A stretch of DNA of 58,349 nt, taken from positions 207,018-265,366 of the forward strand of contig NW_004797676.1 in NCBI RefSeq assembly GCF_000002075.1, given 5' to 3'. Below, one piece after another: positions 12,595-24,179 of the stretch (its first letter is position 1; each line of letters starts with the position of its first letter). This DNA comes from Aplysia californica (Eukaryota). The position numbers and the translations under genes are program-made. Under the pieces are notes generated by a model, which saw only the letters and a list, made by a program, of their open reading frames with translations, made no database searches and had not been told where the DNA came from.

Positions 12595-12740
12595 AATACG
12601 GGGTGCTCATTACGGCTGGATCGGGCCGATCGCCCGACTCGGTCGCCTGAAAATGAAAACAAACACGTTCGTTTTTTAGGCGACCGAGACGGGTGACCGG
12701 CCCGATCGGCCGATCCCATCCGTAGTGGGCACCCCGTATT
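12595..12740. mobile_element. Short hairpin MITE
   Basis: Imperfect inverted repeat: aatacggggtgctcattacgg...ctcggtcgcct versus aggcgaccgag...ccgtagtgggcaccccgtatt. Confidence 0.75.
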
Positions 12741-14605
12741 CTAATGTTCATGCTTTTCATGAGTCCTGATGGATCAACGCAACAAAAACTGGGTTTTTTT
12801 AGTCTCTGGTGTTTGAAAAATACTCAAACTGACTTAAGCGGATTGCTGGCGATATCGGTGCTTGTCACGCGATTGATCCGTGTCTAGCGTTCTCTTGGCT
12901 GAGCCACAGTAAGTGCTGCTGATGCTCCACAGACGAGAAATTCAAACTAGGTTGAAGATAATTTATTTACAGTATATATTTTGGTCGTGAATTCATGTAC
13001 TTTTTACACCTGATTAAGGGGAAATAAAAAAAAAACCCTGCCATAATCAATAAAGCTGAGTCAGAGACAATAAAATGAATAAGAACCTCTGAGGTTCACA
13101 AAAAAAGACACAGTAAGCAACGTCAGAGGGATAGAGAAAGAGAGAGAGAATTGAAGTGGAAGGGGGAAAAGGGAGATAAAAGGAAGAAGAAAACACCGAG
13201 GGAGGAAGAAGGACATAGACAGTGAGAGCAAGAGAGAGAGAGTGAGAGAGAGAGAAAGAGAGGGGGAAGAAAGAGAGGGATACGGATAGAGAGAGGGCAA
13301 AAAAGTGAAATAGAGAGGAGTCATACACACAGAGAAAAGGGGAGAGATGAGGGAGGCAAGAGAGAGAGAGAGAGGGGGGGGGGGCTGAGGAGTGAGAGAA
13401 AATAAAAGAGATGTCCAATTAGTTGCGTTTAAGAACAAGCGGACTAACCCAGATTTCGGGAGTTTCCAGAAATCTTGACCTGCACCAAAAGTGGGCATTG
13501 CCCTACCTATAGGAGAAGTTTGGTTTCATTGGTGTGTATATTTGTTTTGTTACGGAGAAAACTCTTCTTGTCTTTTAAAGAAACCGAATGAGGATCCCAA
13601 ATTTTACCTTCGATTTTCTCAAAAGAGCATTTTTCGGGATAGCCCCCTTGTGCTTAAAAGCGACCAACTGGCAGTACAGGAATAATGAATCCTCAGAGCG
13701 AAAATTTTAGAGCATCGCCAGGAGCTCGCCTTGGGACAACTCGGACACAGAGACACAAATGCGGGGGACACGGAGACAAAAAATCCGTTGACAGGGTAAA
13801 CGACAACATAGACCAGTGTATCATCCAGGCTGGATGAATCGTCAGAAGAAGTCATAATTTGTGTTTGGTTGTTTAACGCTTTGGGGGATAGATTTGCGAA
13901 AAGTTGTGAAAGTTAAGACAAACAGTGAGATGTCAGTTGTTGTTTTTTTCATAGAAGACAAACCCTGACAAACGAAATGAAACGTAGAAAATCAAAATAC
14001 TGCGGTCATGTAAAGCACCATTAGGCCAGTATCAAGGAGATACTCGAAGGCAAGAAGTGGGGCACAAGGACGAAACGAAGGACGTACAACGCCAAAGTAA
14101 TCAAAGTATGGATTGGGCTGATGACCAAATTATGTACGAAGGCTGATGGCTAGCAACCGTAAACAATTGAAAGTCATTATACGTCAGCCTATAAGCCAGA
14201 GATGACACCTTCAGAGAATTGATGCTGTTAATATTTACCATATCCCTTTCTCAGTCGACGTTACAAGAGAGGTAACCCATAACAATTCAGAATATGCAGC
14301 TACCCAAACTGTACTCTTCACTTGCTCATTGTTCATCAAATGACAGGTCGAAATGGTACATTGTTTGCATGTGCTCAGAATTTAAAAAATAATAATGTAT
14401 TAAAACGGAGAAAACCTAGTGTGCGGGGTTAGTCTACAAGGGTGCTACTGTGTATGCCTTTCAAAAGCATGAAAAAGCTGGCTGTGAACTGTGATACCAG
14501 TCTAGAAGATATGGAATGTGGAGCGGGGTAGAGTATGCTTTTTTTCTACAGCTAGGTTACAACATGTGCTGAAAAAGACCGATGAATAAGTGTAAAATTT
14601 GAATA

Positions 14606-14920
14606 CAGTCTAAAAAATTAGAAAGCGTCCAAGAGAACAGGATTTTTTTTCTATAAACGATCTTCACTTATCTCACTTGTGAGAAATTTAAGGGCTTTCG
14701 CAGGTCAACACAAGTTTTGACTTGACTTGTCGCTNNNNNNNNNNNNNNNNNNNNNNNNNNNNNNNNNNNNNNNNNNNNNNNNNNNNNNNNNNNNNNNNNN
14801 NNNNNNNNNNNNNNNNNNNNNNNNNNNNNNNNNNNNNNNNNNNNNNNNNNNNNNNNNNNNNNNNNNNNNNNNNNNNNNNNNNNCTCTCGCTTTCCTTCTT
14901 TCTCCCGTTGACTCTCCTCT

Positions 14921-14963
<43 letters not shown>

Positions 14964-15414
14964 CTCTCTCTCTCTTCTCTTCTCTTCTAGTCTCTCTCTC
15001 TTGCTCTCTCACACGCATGCACGTTCGTACGGACGCCCCCATTGACACTCTATCAGTGTACTGTCTCCTGATCTACGCTCTCAGCGAGCAGTGAGCACGT
15101 TGTGTCAAACCGGATACTGTTTTTCTTGACGCAAAATGTTAAACGGAAGTAGGCTTTTCGTTGGCGTTTCTGTTTCCTGGTATGATAGATAGGCACGGAA
15201 ATCCATTGTTTTTCGAAAAGGCTGTTTTTGGTATCTTAGTGAACGTTAGCTCAAGTGTAGTAGCAAGCTATTAGTAGTAATGTTTTGTAGTGTTGCGACG
15301 AGTCAAAATTTGTGTTGACAAGCGGAAGCCCTTAAATTTCTCACAAGGGAGATAAGTGAAAATCGTTTTTCAAAAAAAGTCCTGTTCTCTCAGGCGCTTC
15401 CTAATTTTTTTGAC
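14606..15414. mobile_element. Non-autonomous TIR DNA transposon with ~125-bp TIRs (Tc1/mariner-like TA|CAGT left end)
   Basis: About 14608-14733 is an imperfect reverse complement of about 15293-15414 (...cacttatctc(a/c)cttgtgagaaatttaagggctt...). Spans an N-gap. Confidence 0.75.
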
Positions 15415-15524
15415 ATATTAATTTGAAGGTGTTCATGCCTGATAAGCGGTTGGTGTGGGCATACAAATCAATTGGTAGCTTATTGTGCTTGACCTATGTT
15501 CTGTCCAAAACCCAAACTTTAACG

Positions 15525-15840
15525 TCTGCTTTTGTCTCCACTTTTGCCCTCACCCCCTCACCTCCTTTGTCCTCCCTGCAGCTGTCTTTCAGCCACACCC
15601 CTGGTCTTATGGTAGGTAGGGCCTAACACCTAGCCTTCTCGGAAAAGGGCAAAAAATCTCGGAGGTCCTGTGTGCAAGTTGTACACGTTAAAGATCTCTT
15701 GGTGGTCCAAAATAGATAAGAGTGAGCTTTGGCCGCCACCCGGAAAAATTTCTAAATTTCCGTCCAACTGAAAATATTAAATGTGTTGCGAGCACTCAAG
15801 TGAACTTGTACAGTTGCGAACGCCATAAAACACTTACAAC
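15525..15840 (+). mobile_element. Nin-domain-like SINE copy (5'-truncated)
   Basis: cacgttaaagatctcttggtggtcc...aagagt core and gcagttgcgagcgccgtaaaac-type tail, homologous to 43150-43650 and 31975-32320. Confidence 0.75.
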
Positions 15841-17288
15841 AACAGACTTTAATATTTAAAATGAAAAGACCGCCAGGAAGTGTTTTTAATACCGATTGTC
15901 GCAACAGCATCCGGTAGTCACTATCACTAAAGTGCAGGCTGAAAGCGCTCAAAGTGGCAAGGCTGTTGAATCATTTCGTTGTCTCGATTTTTGATTACTC
16001 GAAATGGTTAGAATTGTATCATGCATCTTAGAGAACAGAGATGAGTCTGAAATCTCCAAACTGAACCAGGTTCGCCATTTTTTGGACTCGTCTCACTAGT
16101 TACCCTAACAGCAAGACTTAAAGTTTCTTAAAGTTTTCAAGCCATTTTTGTTTCAGTTCAAAGTTTAGTTAGGCTACAATACGGAAAGGAGCATTTTTCA
16201 CTACGGTAAGAGTCACGGAGGGCGTTTTTATGTTCAAACTAGTTCACGCATATTTCAATTTTACTTCCTGCACCAGTTAGCAAAACTGGTATCTCTATTC
16301 TTTAGCCTTATGGGAATTGGTATGCTGTGCCAGCTACTCCATCGTGCCGTACGTAAGGTAAGTTACGGATTTAACACCCTTTTCAACACTGTTAGCTTAA
16401 TTCATAGGCTGGATCTCCGAATTGAACTTTCATCTCAAATAGCTGGATCTCCGAATTCAACATCCATCTCAGATAAGACCAATACAAGCCCATAGGGCGG
16501 AGAGCCTTAAGATTCATCGCTCCGTATTTTTCTTGCTTCCACATAATAAAGGAAACAGGTTTATTATATATACATAACATATAAAATGTATATATCATGT
16601 TTCCCCTAAATTTCAATTTAACACGATGACACTTGGGTGCCAGAAGATCCCACTATTCTTTGTTGCATCAAGTGAATTTTTATCGGATAAAGACATCTGT
16701 AGATCTCGGATAAAGACATCAGTAAATCTACTCAAATGACCACTGATCTGGCTGCCTCTTCATTATCAATTTCTTACTTTGACTTTCTGCAGGTAAGTAA
16801 GTCATCAGTGGTTGTTCTTGATATTATATCTATGATAGGTCTTCATCTTTGTCACATGTCAAGTCATAAGACATCTTCCTGCTTGACCTGTGCATCTCAT
16901 CTCCTTCCACGACCACTTCCTAGATATTATGCTAGTGCCCAATATCCATACCCTGGATGTTTGTCCATTGAAGAGATGGCAAGTCGAGTCCTGCTTGTGG
17001 CAGCTGCCATACCTGACATAGCATGGTGATGTGGACCATGTTGGACACAGGGGAGCACCAAATTTTTTTGATCACGTGCCATTTCTCTATTCTTACAATG
17101 TTTACTCCTAATAACAGATACCAGTTAAGCTATCAACTTACAGATTTGAAATTTTCTTTCTCCATTCTACGGGTCCATTCGAAATAGTTTCTAACATATT
17201 GTTTGTGTTCTCAAGCCAGAACTCATTGGTAACAATTGTTCAATTCTTTTGTGTGTCCCATTTCTTCAAATGTTTATCCTTGGAAGAG

Positions 17289-17400
17289 ATGGCAAGTCGA
17301 GTCTTGCTTGTGGCAGTTGCCATACTGAGTGTTACTGTCCCGACTTCGGGGACAAATCCAGGAGGGAAAATTACGATCACAAAGAAAGGAATTGACTTCG
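17289..17400 (+). CDS. LBP/BPI: LBP/BPI-family protein, coding exon 1 (signal peptide)
   Basis: MASRVLLVAVAILSVTVPTSGTNPGGKITITKKGIDF then G|gtgagt. Hydrophobic leader plus the NPGxxxxITxKGxDF/Y start typical of BPI/LBP. Confidence 0.92.
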
Positions 17401-18172
17401 GTGAGTTANNNNNNNNNNNNNNNNNNNNNNNNNNNNNNNNNNNNNNNNNNNNNNNNNNNNNNNNNNNNNNNNNNNNNNNNNNNNNNNNNNNNNNNNNNNN
17501 NNNNNNNNNNNNNNNNNNNNNNNNNNNNNNNNNNNNNNNNNNNNNNNNNNNNNNNNNNNNNNNNNNNNNNNNNNNNNNNNNNNNNNNNNNNNNNNNNNNN
17601 NNNNNNNNNNNNNNNNNNNNNNNNNNNNNNNNNNNNNNNNNNNNNNNNNNNNNNNNNNNNNNNNNNNNNNNNNNNNNNNNNNNNNNNNNNNNNNNNNNNN
17701 NNNNNNNNNNNNNNNNNNNNNNNNNNNNNNNNNNNNNNNNNNNNNNNNNNNNNNNNNNNNNNNNNNNNNNNNTTTTTTCAAGGCTCGGAATGAATATCGT
17801 ACTCTTGACCTGCGGGTCAGAGCGTGCGCGAGGGCAGTTCTAAAGGAGCATACCTCTTACCTCTTTTCTAAATTATTTATTGATACATACCTTGCTCTTG
17901 TACTAAATGGGTTTTCTTAACATACCCCGCCCTCATATAAAATTTTGTATTAGAATATATCTTACTCCTATACTTAATTACAATATACCTATGTCTTATA
18001 CATGTCCTAAATATTGTATTAAAATATACCTTGCTTTAGTCTTGACTGTCAGCGAAATGTGTCCTTTCGCTATGATGAATTTATTTTAAAAGTTCTTGTT
18101 GTGACGATTGGTTTCGTCTTGTGTTCTCTGTCTGTAGCTTTATTAAAGCTGTTTTCTTGTACTTGGAAAAAA

Positions 18173-18228
<56 letters not shown>

Positions 18229-18439
18229 TCGCGCGAATTCCTGCTCAACAGCAAGCTCTATGCGCTTTACAATCTACATGGTATAAGGTTACTATTGCCC
18301 AGGCGGACCTGATAGCTTTCTGAAATAATCTCAACTTCCTTGGAAGCACACTGTGCACGGCTTCATGTACAGGCGCTAAAACGCTAACATCCGGACAAGA
18401 TCTTTCGCTGTCTATAAAAAGAAATCATATTAGGTTTTA

Positions 18440-18720
18440 CTTGACAAAGGCCACGTGGGCCGCTCGCTGATAAAACAAGTAGGAAGATGCAAATGCAGTT
18501 TTTGGGACATATGAATAAACATAAGAGCCTTGACCATCTATCCTTGGCTGGCGAAACATAAGGCAAACGAAGCACGGGTAGACCCAGAGCCACCTACTTG
18601 GAGAGCCTAAAGAGATGGATGACGAGAAAAAAACAGGTAGTGTAGCTTTTTGAAAGCCCCCAAACAAAGGAATGAATTGGCGAACTGTGACCGCGGATGC
18701 CTCTCGCAGATCTGACACTT
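18440..18720 (+). mobile_element. RTE-like LINE 3' remnant
   Basis: Degenerate QFLGHM...GKRSTGRP...W coding traces typical of the RTE C-terminus. Confidence 0.5.
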
Positions 18721-19121
18721 AATTAGAACTATGCATGTATAACGGTGGATTGATTTAAATAACATGGTTTTCATGTGCTCTTGTTCGTTATAACAATATA
18801 CCCATTGATGGGTTTATACTCAGGGTTTTCTTTTAAATGTTATTCTGATAGTGACAGAATAGATGAGATTTTGATATAATATAGACTTCTTGTTTATTTC
18901 CCTGTCTAGTGCTCTAGATTATTTTAAAGCAAAATGTGTAAGCATTATGTAGTATATATAGCATGTAAATTTGAAAGATTTCATATGTTTAAATGGATAT
19001 AATGTTACATATATTTCGGATAAACTGAAATGTGTCCTTGATTTTGCTGCTATATTCAAGTATTGAACAGTAATGTACAGTTCATTACAGATGAATAAGA
19101 AATAAAGAATATGTGATGTAT

Positions 19122-19530
19122 CATGATGAAATCAGGCGCTCGTCAAAATAATGAAATCAATGAAACTGGCACTTTTCTTCTCGTTTGGTCATTTTTATTT
19201 AATTATTTTTAGTTCTTGGCTCAACACCTTTTATTTACATTTTAAAAGACATTTCTGTGTGGATTTCACTGAAAGACAATGGTGTAAATTTACAGTTTCC
19301 AAGGACTCTCAAGCTTTGCAAGTCACCAAACTTTGGCAGCCATTTTTTCGCTTATTTAACATATGAAACCAAGCGTTTCTACATCCTTCAATCCCGACGA
19401 TCTCTACTTCTATTGAAATTAGACAAGCAATTTTTAATTGAAAGCTAGAAAAATGAACAAGCTGTAAAATGATACAAAAAACTCCATCTGCCCAAAATTT
19501 GACGAACGTTTGATTCCACCAGGTCGTGAC
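19122..19530. mobile_element. ~400-bp MITE family (TIR about gtgaaatcaggcgctcgtcaaaat)
   Basis: Inverted ends. Homologous copies at about 2805-3140, 4075-4185, 22700-23025, 54112-54525 and 57378-57805. Confidence 0.75.
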
Positions 19531-19892
19531 ACATATACATTCCCATTGTATTAAGCCCTGTGGGGGGGGGGGGGGGTTACAAATGCGTTAATTTCATGCA
19601 TAGAAACATCGACAAATATCTAAAATAATGCATGGGGGCTACCAAATCCATATATCACACTAAAACAGACAGTGAACATGATATTGTTAGCCGCCACTAA
19701 ACAGCGCCCTATTTTTTAAAGCTAGGGTTATCCTGTCTTGCTCATGGACACACCACAATGACTATCCATCATGACGCAGTGTCAACGACAAACGGTTGAC
19801 ATTATTCTGAACCTAGACTGACTAACTGCTCTACCATTGGAGCCCCCTTAACATCTATGAAGTTATATTGAAACATTTGTACTTCTGTCCAG

Positions 19893-19998
19893 CCAACTCA
19901 ATGGTCCAAACAGTGGTGAACGACAAGCTGAAGACCATTAACATTCCTGACCAGTTTGGTCATAGCCAGATGAATCACTGGCAGTGGTCACTTAAAGA
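19893..19998 (+). CDS. LBP/BPI: LBP/BPI coding exon 2
   Basis: ctgtccag|CC...AAGA|gtaagt. Encodes ANSMVQTVVNDKLKTINIPDQFGHSQMNHWQWSLK-D. Phase 1->2. Confidence 0.9.
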
Positions 19999-21118
19999 GT
20001 AAGTTTATCGTGAGGATACACGTTGATTTCTACAAAGCGTGATGTTGTTATATAATGTACTGTGATAATGACAAAGAAAAATGTCTGCGATTATGTAGCC
20101 TACAATGATTATGACAAAGTAGGAAAACTATAAATACTATACTAATGTAAGATGATTGCTTCAGAGTAAAGTACTTTGTAATTGCCTAGAAATGTGGGGG
20201 ATAATGACAAAGTAAGAAGATGACTGCGACCTCGCGTTTTATCGTTGGGTTGAATGTTGAGGTAGTTATTCTGAAACCGGTCTTGTAAGTTCAGAGAGAA
20301 GGTGTTTGTCTCTTGTGCAAAAGTACTTTGTTGGATTAATACTTTTTTAGTGTAGGCATGGTTAATGTAAAATTTACTCCTTTTTACTTATCTAGTTTTT
20401 CACATCTTTTATACCAGGACATGTGGAATTGAATACCTAGTCTTTTCTTATCAGGATAAAAAACGCCACCTGCTCTTTGTGCGTATTATATGCATATTTA
20501 AAGCACCTTGGCATTTGAAACTAAAAGGGGACTTGTCTGTTAAGACTGGCTGCCCAAGAAAAATTCGGAACAAATCAAATTCCTCAGAAAAAGATAATAA
20601 AAAGTCTGACCTGGTATAAATCATATGGGAGGGCCTTCAACTGGCGCTTGTGGCTGGTTGAAACGCGAGCGACACTGTTTCTGTAGAAAAAAAAACGCAT
20701 AAAAGTCAGATGCACAAAGCGGATGGAGAATCTGCCGCAGACGATCCCAGAAATCTAAAAGTGAAATAATGATGAAGTCATGGAGTAAGTCGACTCGCAC
20801 ACACGGATACCGAATTTCAACTCTATGTATATGTGTTGCTTTCCTAGCTTGTTGACTACACACCATCGCACTGCTTTTACCTCAAAATGCTGTGTTGAAA
20901 AGAGGACTTATTATGAAAACCATAGTTAAACCATTGTGTCTTTTATTGGGGAAAGGGTTAATGATTTCTTGATCAAGCCTGAAGCTGAGATTCCATTTTC
21001 TCACTTAGGAACGTTTGTAAGCGAATTATTATACTGGTACGTAAAGACCAAAAGACTGTTTGTTCTCTCTCAATTTCAACACCACGTGACGTTCGTAATT
21101 GAAGAAGTATTACTTTCT

Positions 21119-21279
21119 TTTTTAATAGGACGAGTACCACCCACTAAAGATAATCGAGGTCGATAAAGACCCCATCTGCTTCAGGCGGTATCTGCCCCGC
21201 TTCCGAGTCAGCTCAAGGCAGGGAGGAGTCGGAAACAGATATTAGACACTTTCAACCTAGCCAAAAGTCCGAGAAGTGT
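21119..21279 (-). mobile_element. Retroposed element with U2 snRNA-derived 5' head (SINEU-like or U2 chimera)
   Basis: Minus strand begins ACACTTCTCGGACTTTTGGCTAGGTTGAAAGTGTCTAATATCTGTT (U2 5' end-like) and ends ...CCTATTAAAAA. Flanked by the exact 16-bp direct repeat agaagtattactttct (21103-21118 and 21280-21295). Confidence 0.75.
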
Positions 21280-21416
21280 AGAAGTATTACTTTCTGGTGT
21301 GCTGTCTAGCATAAAACCTGTGTAGGCCCAATGTGTCTATAGTTTTCCCTTAAAAAATAATAAAAAGTCCGTACATTGTAATTAAAATTTCTGTTTCGTA
21401 TTTTCATATCTTACAG

Positions 21417-21548
21417 CATCAGGAGCTCTGAGCTGACCTCAGCGTCCAGCCAGATTTCCCTGAACCCATACCACAATGGCTTGACCTGGACATTGAGTAA
21501 CCTAAACCTTTTTCTTGAGGCCAAATGGTGGGGTCAGTTCCAAACCCG
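21417..21548 (+). CDS. LBP/BPI: LBP/BPI coding exon 3
   Basis: ttacag|C...CG|gtatgt. Encodes DIRSSELTSASSQISLNPYHNGLTWTLSNLNLFLEAKWWGQFQT-R. Phase 2->2. Confidence 0.88.
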
Positions 21549-22516
21549 GTATGTTTGTTTTGTGTGACACCTATCGATATGTCATGTTCTGCTTTAAATG
21601 TGGGAAATGGCGGATGAAGCTTCAGCTGTTTATTGAGACCAAAAGAGGCGTGTGCAGGCTGGTGATACATTAGCATTTCTATGAATATTTTGAATGTGTA
21701 TGGTCTTCATTCTTTTTATATGTGCGGTAGCATTGACTGGCTGTATTAGCAGTTATCCTAGCTGGTAGATAGTAATATCGTCGGCCAACTGTTCAAATGC
21801 ACTAAGCCCACTGCATTTAAAAAAATACAATTTCGTAATTTGTGGTGTTAGTTGCATAAATACTCGTGAAGTATTTGGTTTTCGCTCAGTTGACCTCATG
21901 CAGTTGCGAGCGCCGTAAAACTTTTACCAAACTGAAAAAAATACTTGATTGAAATTCAATTTCTAAATGTTGTATAAAGCAAGAAAAGACTCATAACATC
22001 GGTAGAATTTGTAAAAGAATTGAAACAGTTGTTTTTTTTTCCTCACTCCAGAAAAGTTTTGCTTTCTGAGCTTTGGACATTTGAACGGTTTGTCGACAAC
22101 ATGTACCTGTAATTCTTACATGAACTGTGGCAAGCTGCAAAAAAGGGTTAAGCATGAAAAAGGAAGTCTTTAGCGTTGTTTTCTGGGCTTTTATATCATT
22201 ATTCTGTTGCGGTTTGGTCTACCTCTTTGTTCTTTTCCAATCGTCCGTTCTCCCTCTTTCCTAAAGAGCCAATTATAAAAATAATAACTTTTACTTGTCC
22301 CAGAAGGGCACTTTGGTTTACAATGGCATACATATATATATACATACATAAATTACATAATTATGAATACGTACATACATAAAAACATATTATTACACAA
22401 ATACAGAACAGTGTACAACCCTGCCACTTTGCAGCGTCCTGTATTTTGACCTGGGGTTGTCGTGTCTTGCTCAATGGCACACCCATTACAAGTGTAATAT
22501 GCTTTTTTGTCAACAG

Positions 22517-22593
22517 GAATTATCGAGTCCCTGATAGTGACAAGGTCACCGTTCAAATTAGCGGGGCCACGATCACTGTCAGCGTCAGTTTGG
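22517..22593 (+). CDS. LBP/BPI: LBP/BPI coding exon 4
   Basis: caacag|G...TTGG|gtaaag. Encodes RNYRVPDSDKVTVQISGATITVSVSL-G. Phase 2->1. Confidence 0.88.
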
Positions 22594-24179
22594 GTAAAGC
22601 GTCGTTAATGCCTTAAGTTGATATTTGTGGCACGAGGCGGTGGAATTAAGCGTTCATCAATATTGGAGCATTTAGAGTTGCTGATATCATCTGAAAGCTC
22701 ATACATTTGCCTTGCTTTCGATGAAAAATAACACCCATCTATCTTGAACAGAAGTCGAAATATTTACTATTGAAGAGGGTGGGGATCGCTGGTTTCAGAG
22801 GTAAAATTTGCGAGAAAATTACTGCCGAAGTTTGGTAACTTTAATAGCTTGAGGGTCCTTGAAAATGGTAGCTTTACATATAGCGTGCCCTTAATCAACT
22901 TTTTTTCCGTGACCTTCACCTGGAAATGTGTTGTGCCAATCAACAAAAATTACCAAAAAATTGCCAAACTGGCAGCAAAATGTCATTCCATTATTTTGAA
23001 GAGCGCCTGATTTCACCACAATGCTTCACATTTCTTGTTTTTGAAGCTATGTGTTTATGCTTTTATGTGAGGTATTGTGTCACATCTGTAGTATGGTGCG
23101 AGTGTGAGGTCTTGTGTGAATGTCTGTTGCATGGTGCTTGGGCGGAGGTGTGAGATCTTGTTAGTAGTGACTGGTTGTACACATATTACATTCAAACACT
23201 TCTTCACTAGTATTAGCAAAGACTCCTCAGTGAGATCTTATGATTTGCATGGTCCTTTGGTCTTTGGCAAGAAACCTGCTTTTATTTTCTGTCATACCTA
23301 GGTAGTCTCAGTTCTATGATGTATATAAGTTTGAGAGTTAGTATCTTTTTGGTGTTGTTTGGAAATTATTTTTTGTACTTCCTGTTCTACATTCATCTAA
23401 AAAATATCAGGGGTAGGTATTATTTTGTACATTGTTAANNNNNNNNNNNNNNNNNNNNNNNNNNNNNNNNNNNNNNNNNNNNNNNNNNNNNNNNNNNNNN
23501 NNNNNNNNNNNNNNNNNNNNNNNNNNNNNNNNNNNNNNNNNNNNNNNNNNNNNNNNNNNNNNNNNNNNNNNNNNNNNNNNNNNNNNNNNNNNNNNNNNNN
23601 NNNNNNNNNNNNNNNNNNNNTATATAAATAGACCTACTGTTTTCGATTGGATTCTAAGTAACTGATACTGTCTTGAGTTTCATAAATTTTAGGAAGGGGT
23701 TATTTTGAGTTTTCGAAGGCAACTTCCCACGTAAGGCTGTTTCTTTTTATACTTTTGATTACCTTGATTTCTTTTATATATTTACATGGTGCATAGAGGA
23801 CAGTTGGGTTTTTCCTCGTCACCCAAGAAGATCGAGGACACGATGTGGCCTACTCTGGGATCAAACACTAGGATTCAAAATTGAAATTATTTTCTCATCG
23901 TTCCCACATAGACCGGGCTCTAAGCCAGATACTTCTGTTTCAGATGTGAGTCCTTAAATCTGGTCAAAGGCACCTGTTTTCAGAGTGTCTATAGTCTGGG
24001 GTTGTAACAGAAAGATAGTTGGTTGGAGGGTAGATCCGATTTCTTTTCTTCCCATCTGTTTATATGTGTCTGAGTTACTCTTTCCCTACACTAAACGACA
24101 CTTATTGTGCCTATGTGCTTCTCTTCGCTCAAACAAAAACAAAACTTCTACTGTGATAATCAGGTTCCCTGTGTCGCAG

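Noticed and set aside
13619-13855. Minus-strand ORF MTSSDDSSSLDDTLVYVV... with a plausible ATG context
   Set aside because: No recognisable homology, no strong donor, and the 3' part runs into repeat-like sequence.
21119-21279. Functional U2 snRNA gene
   Set aside because: Similarity covers only the first ~45 nt, the branch-recognition sequence is altered, there is no Sm site, and the TSD plus A tail indicate retroposition.
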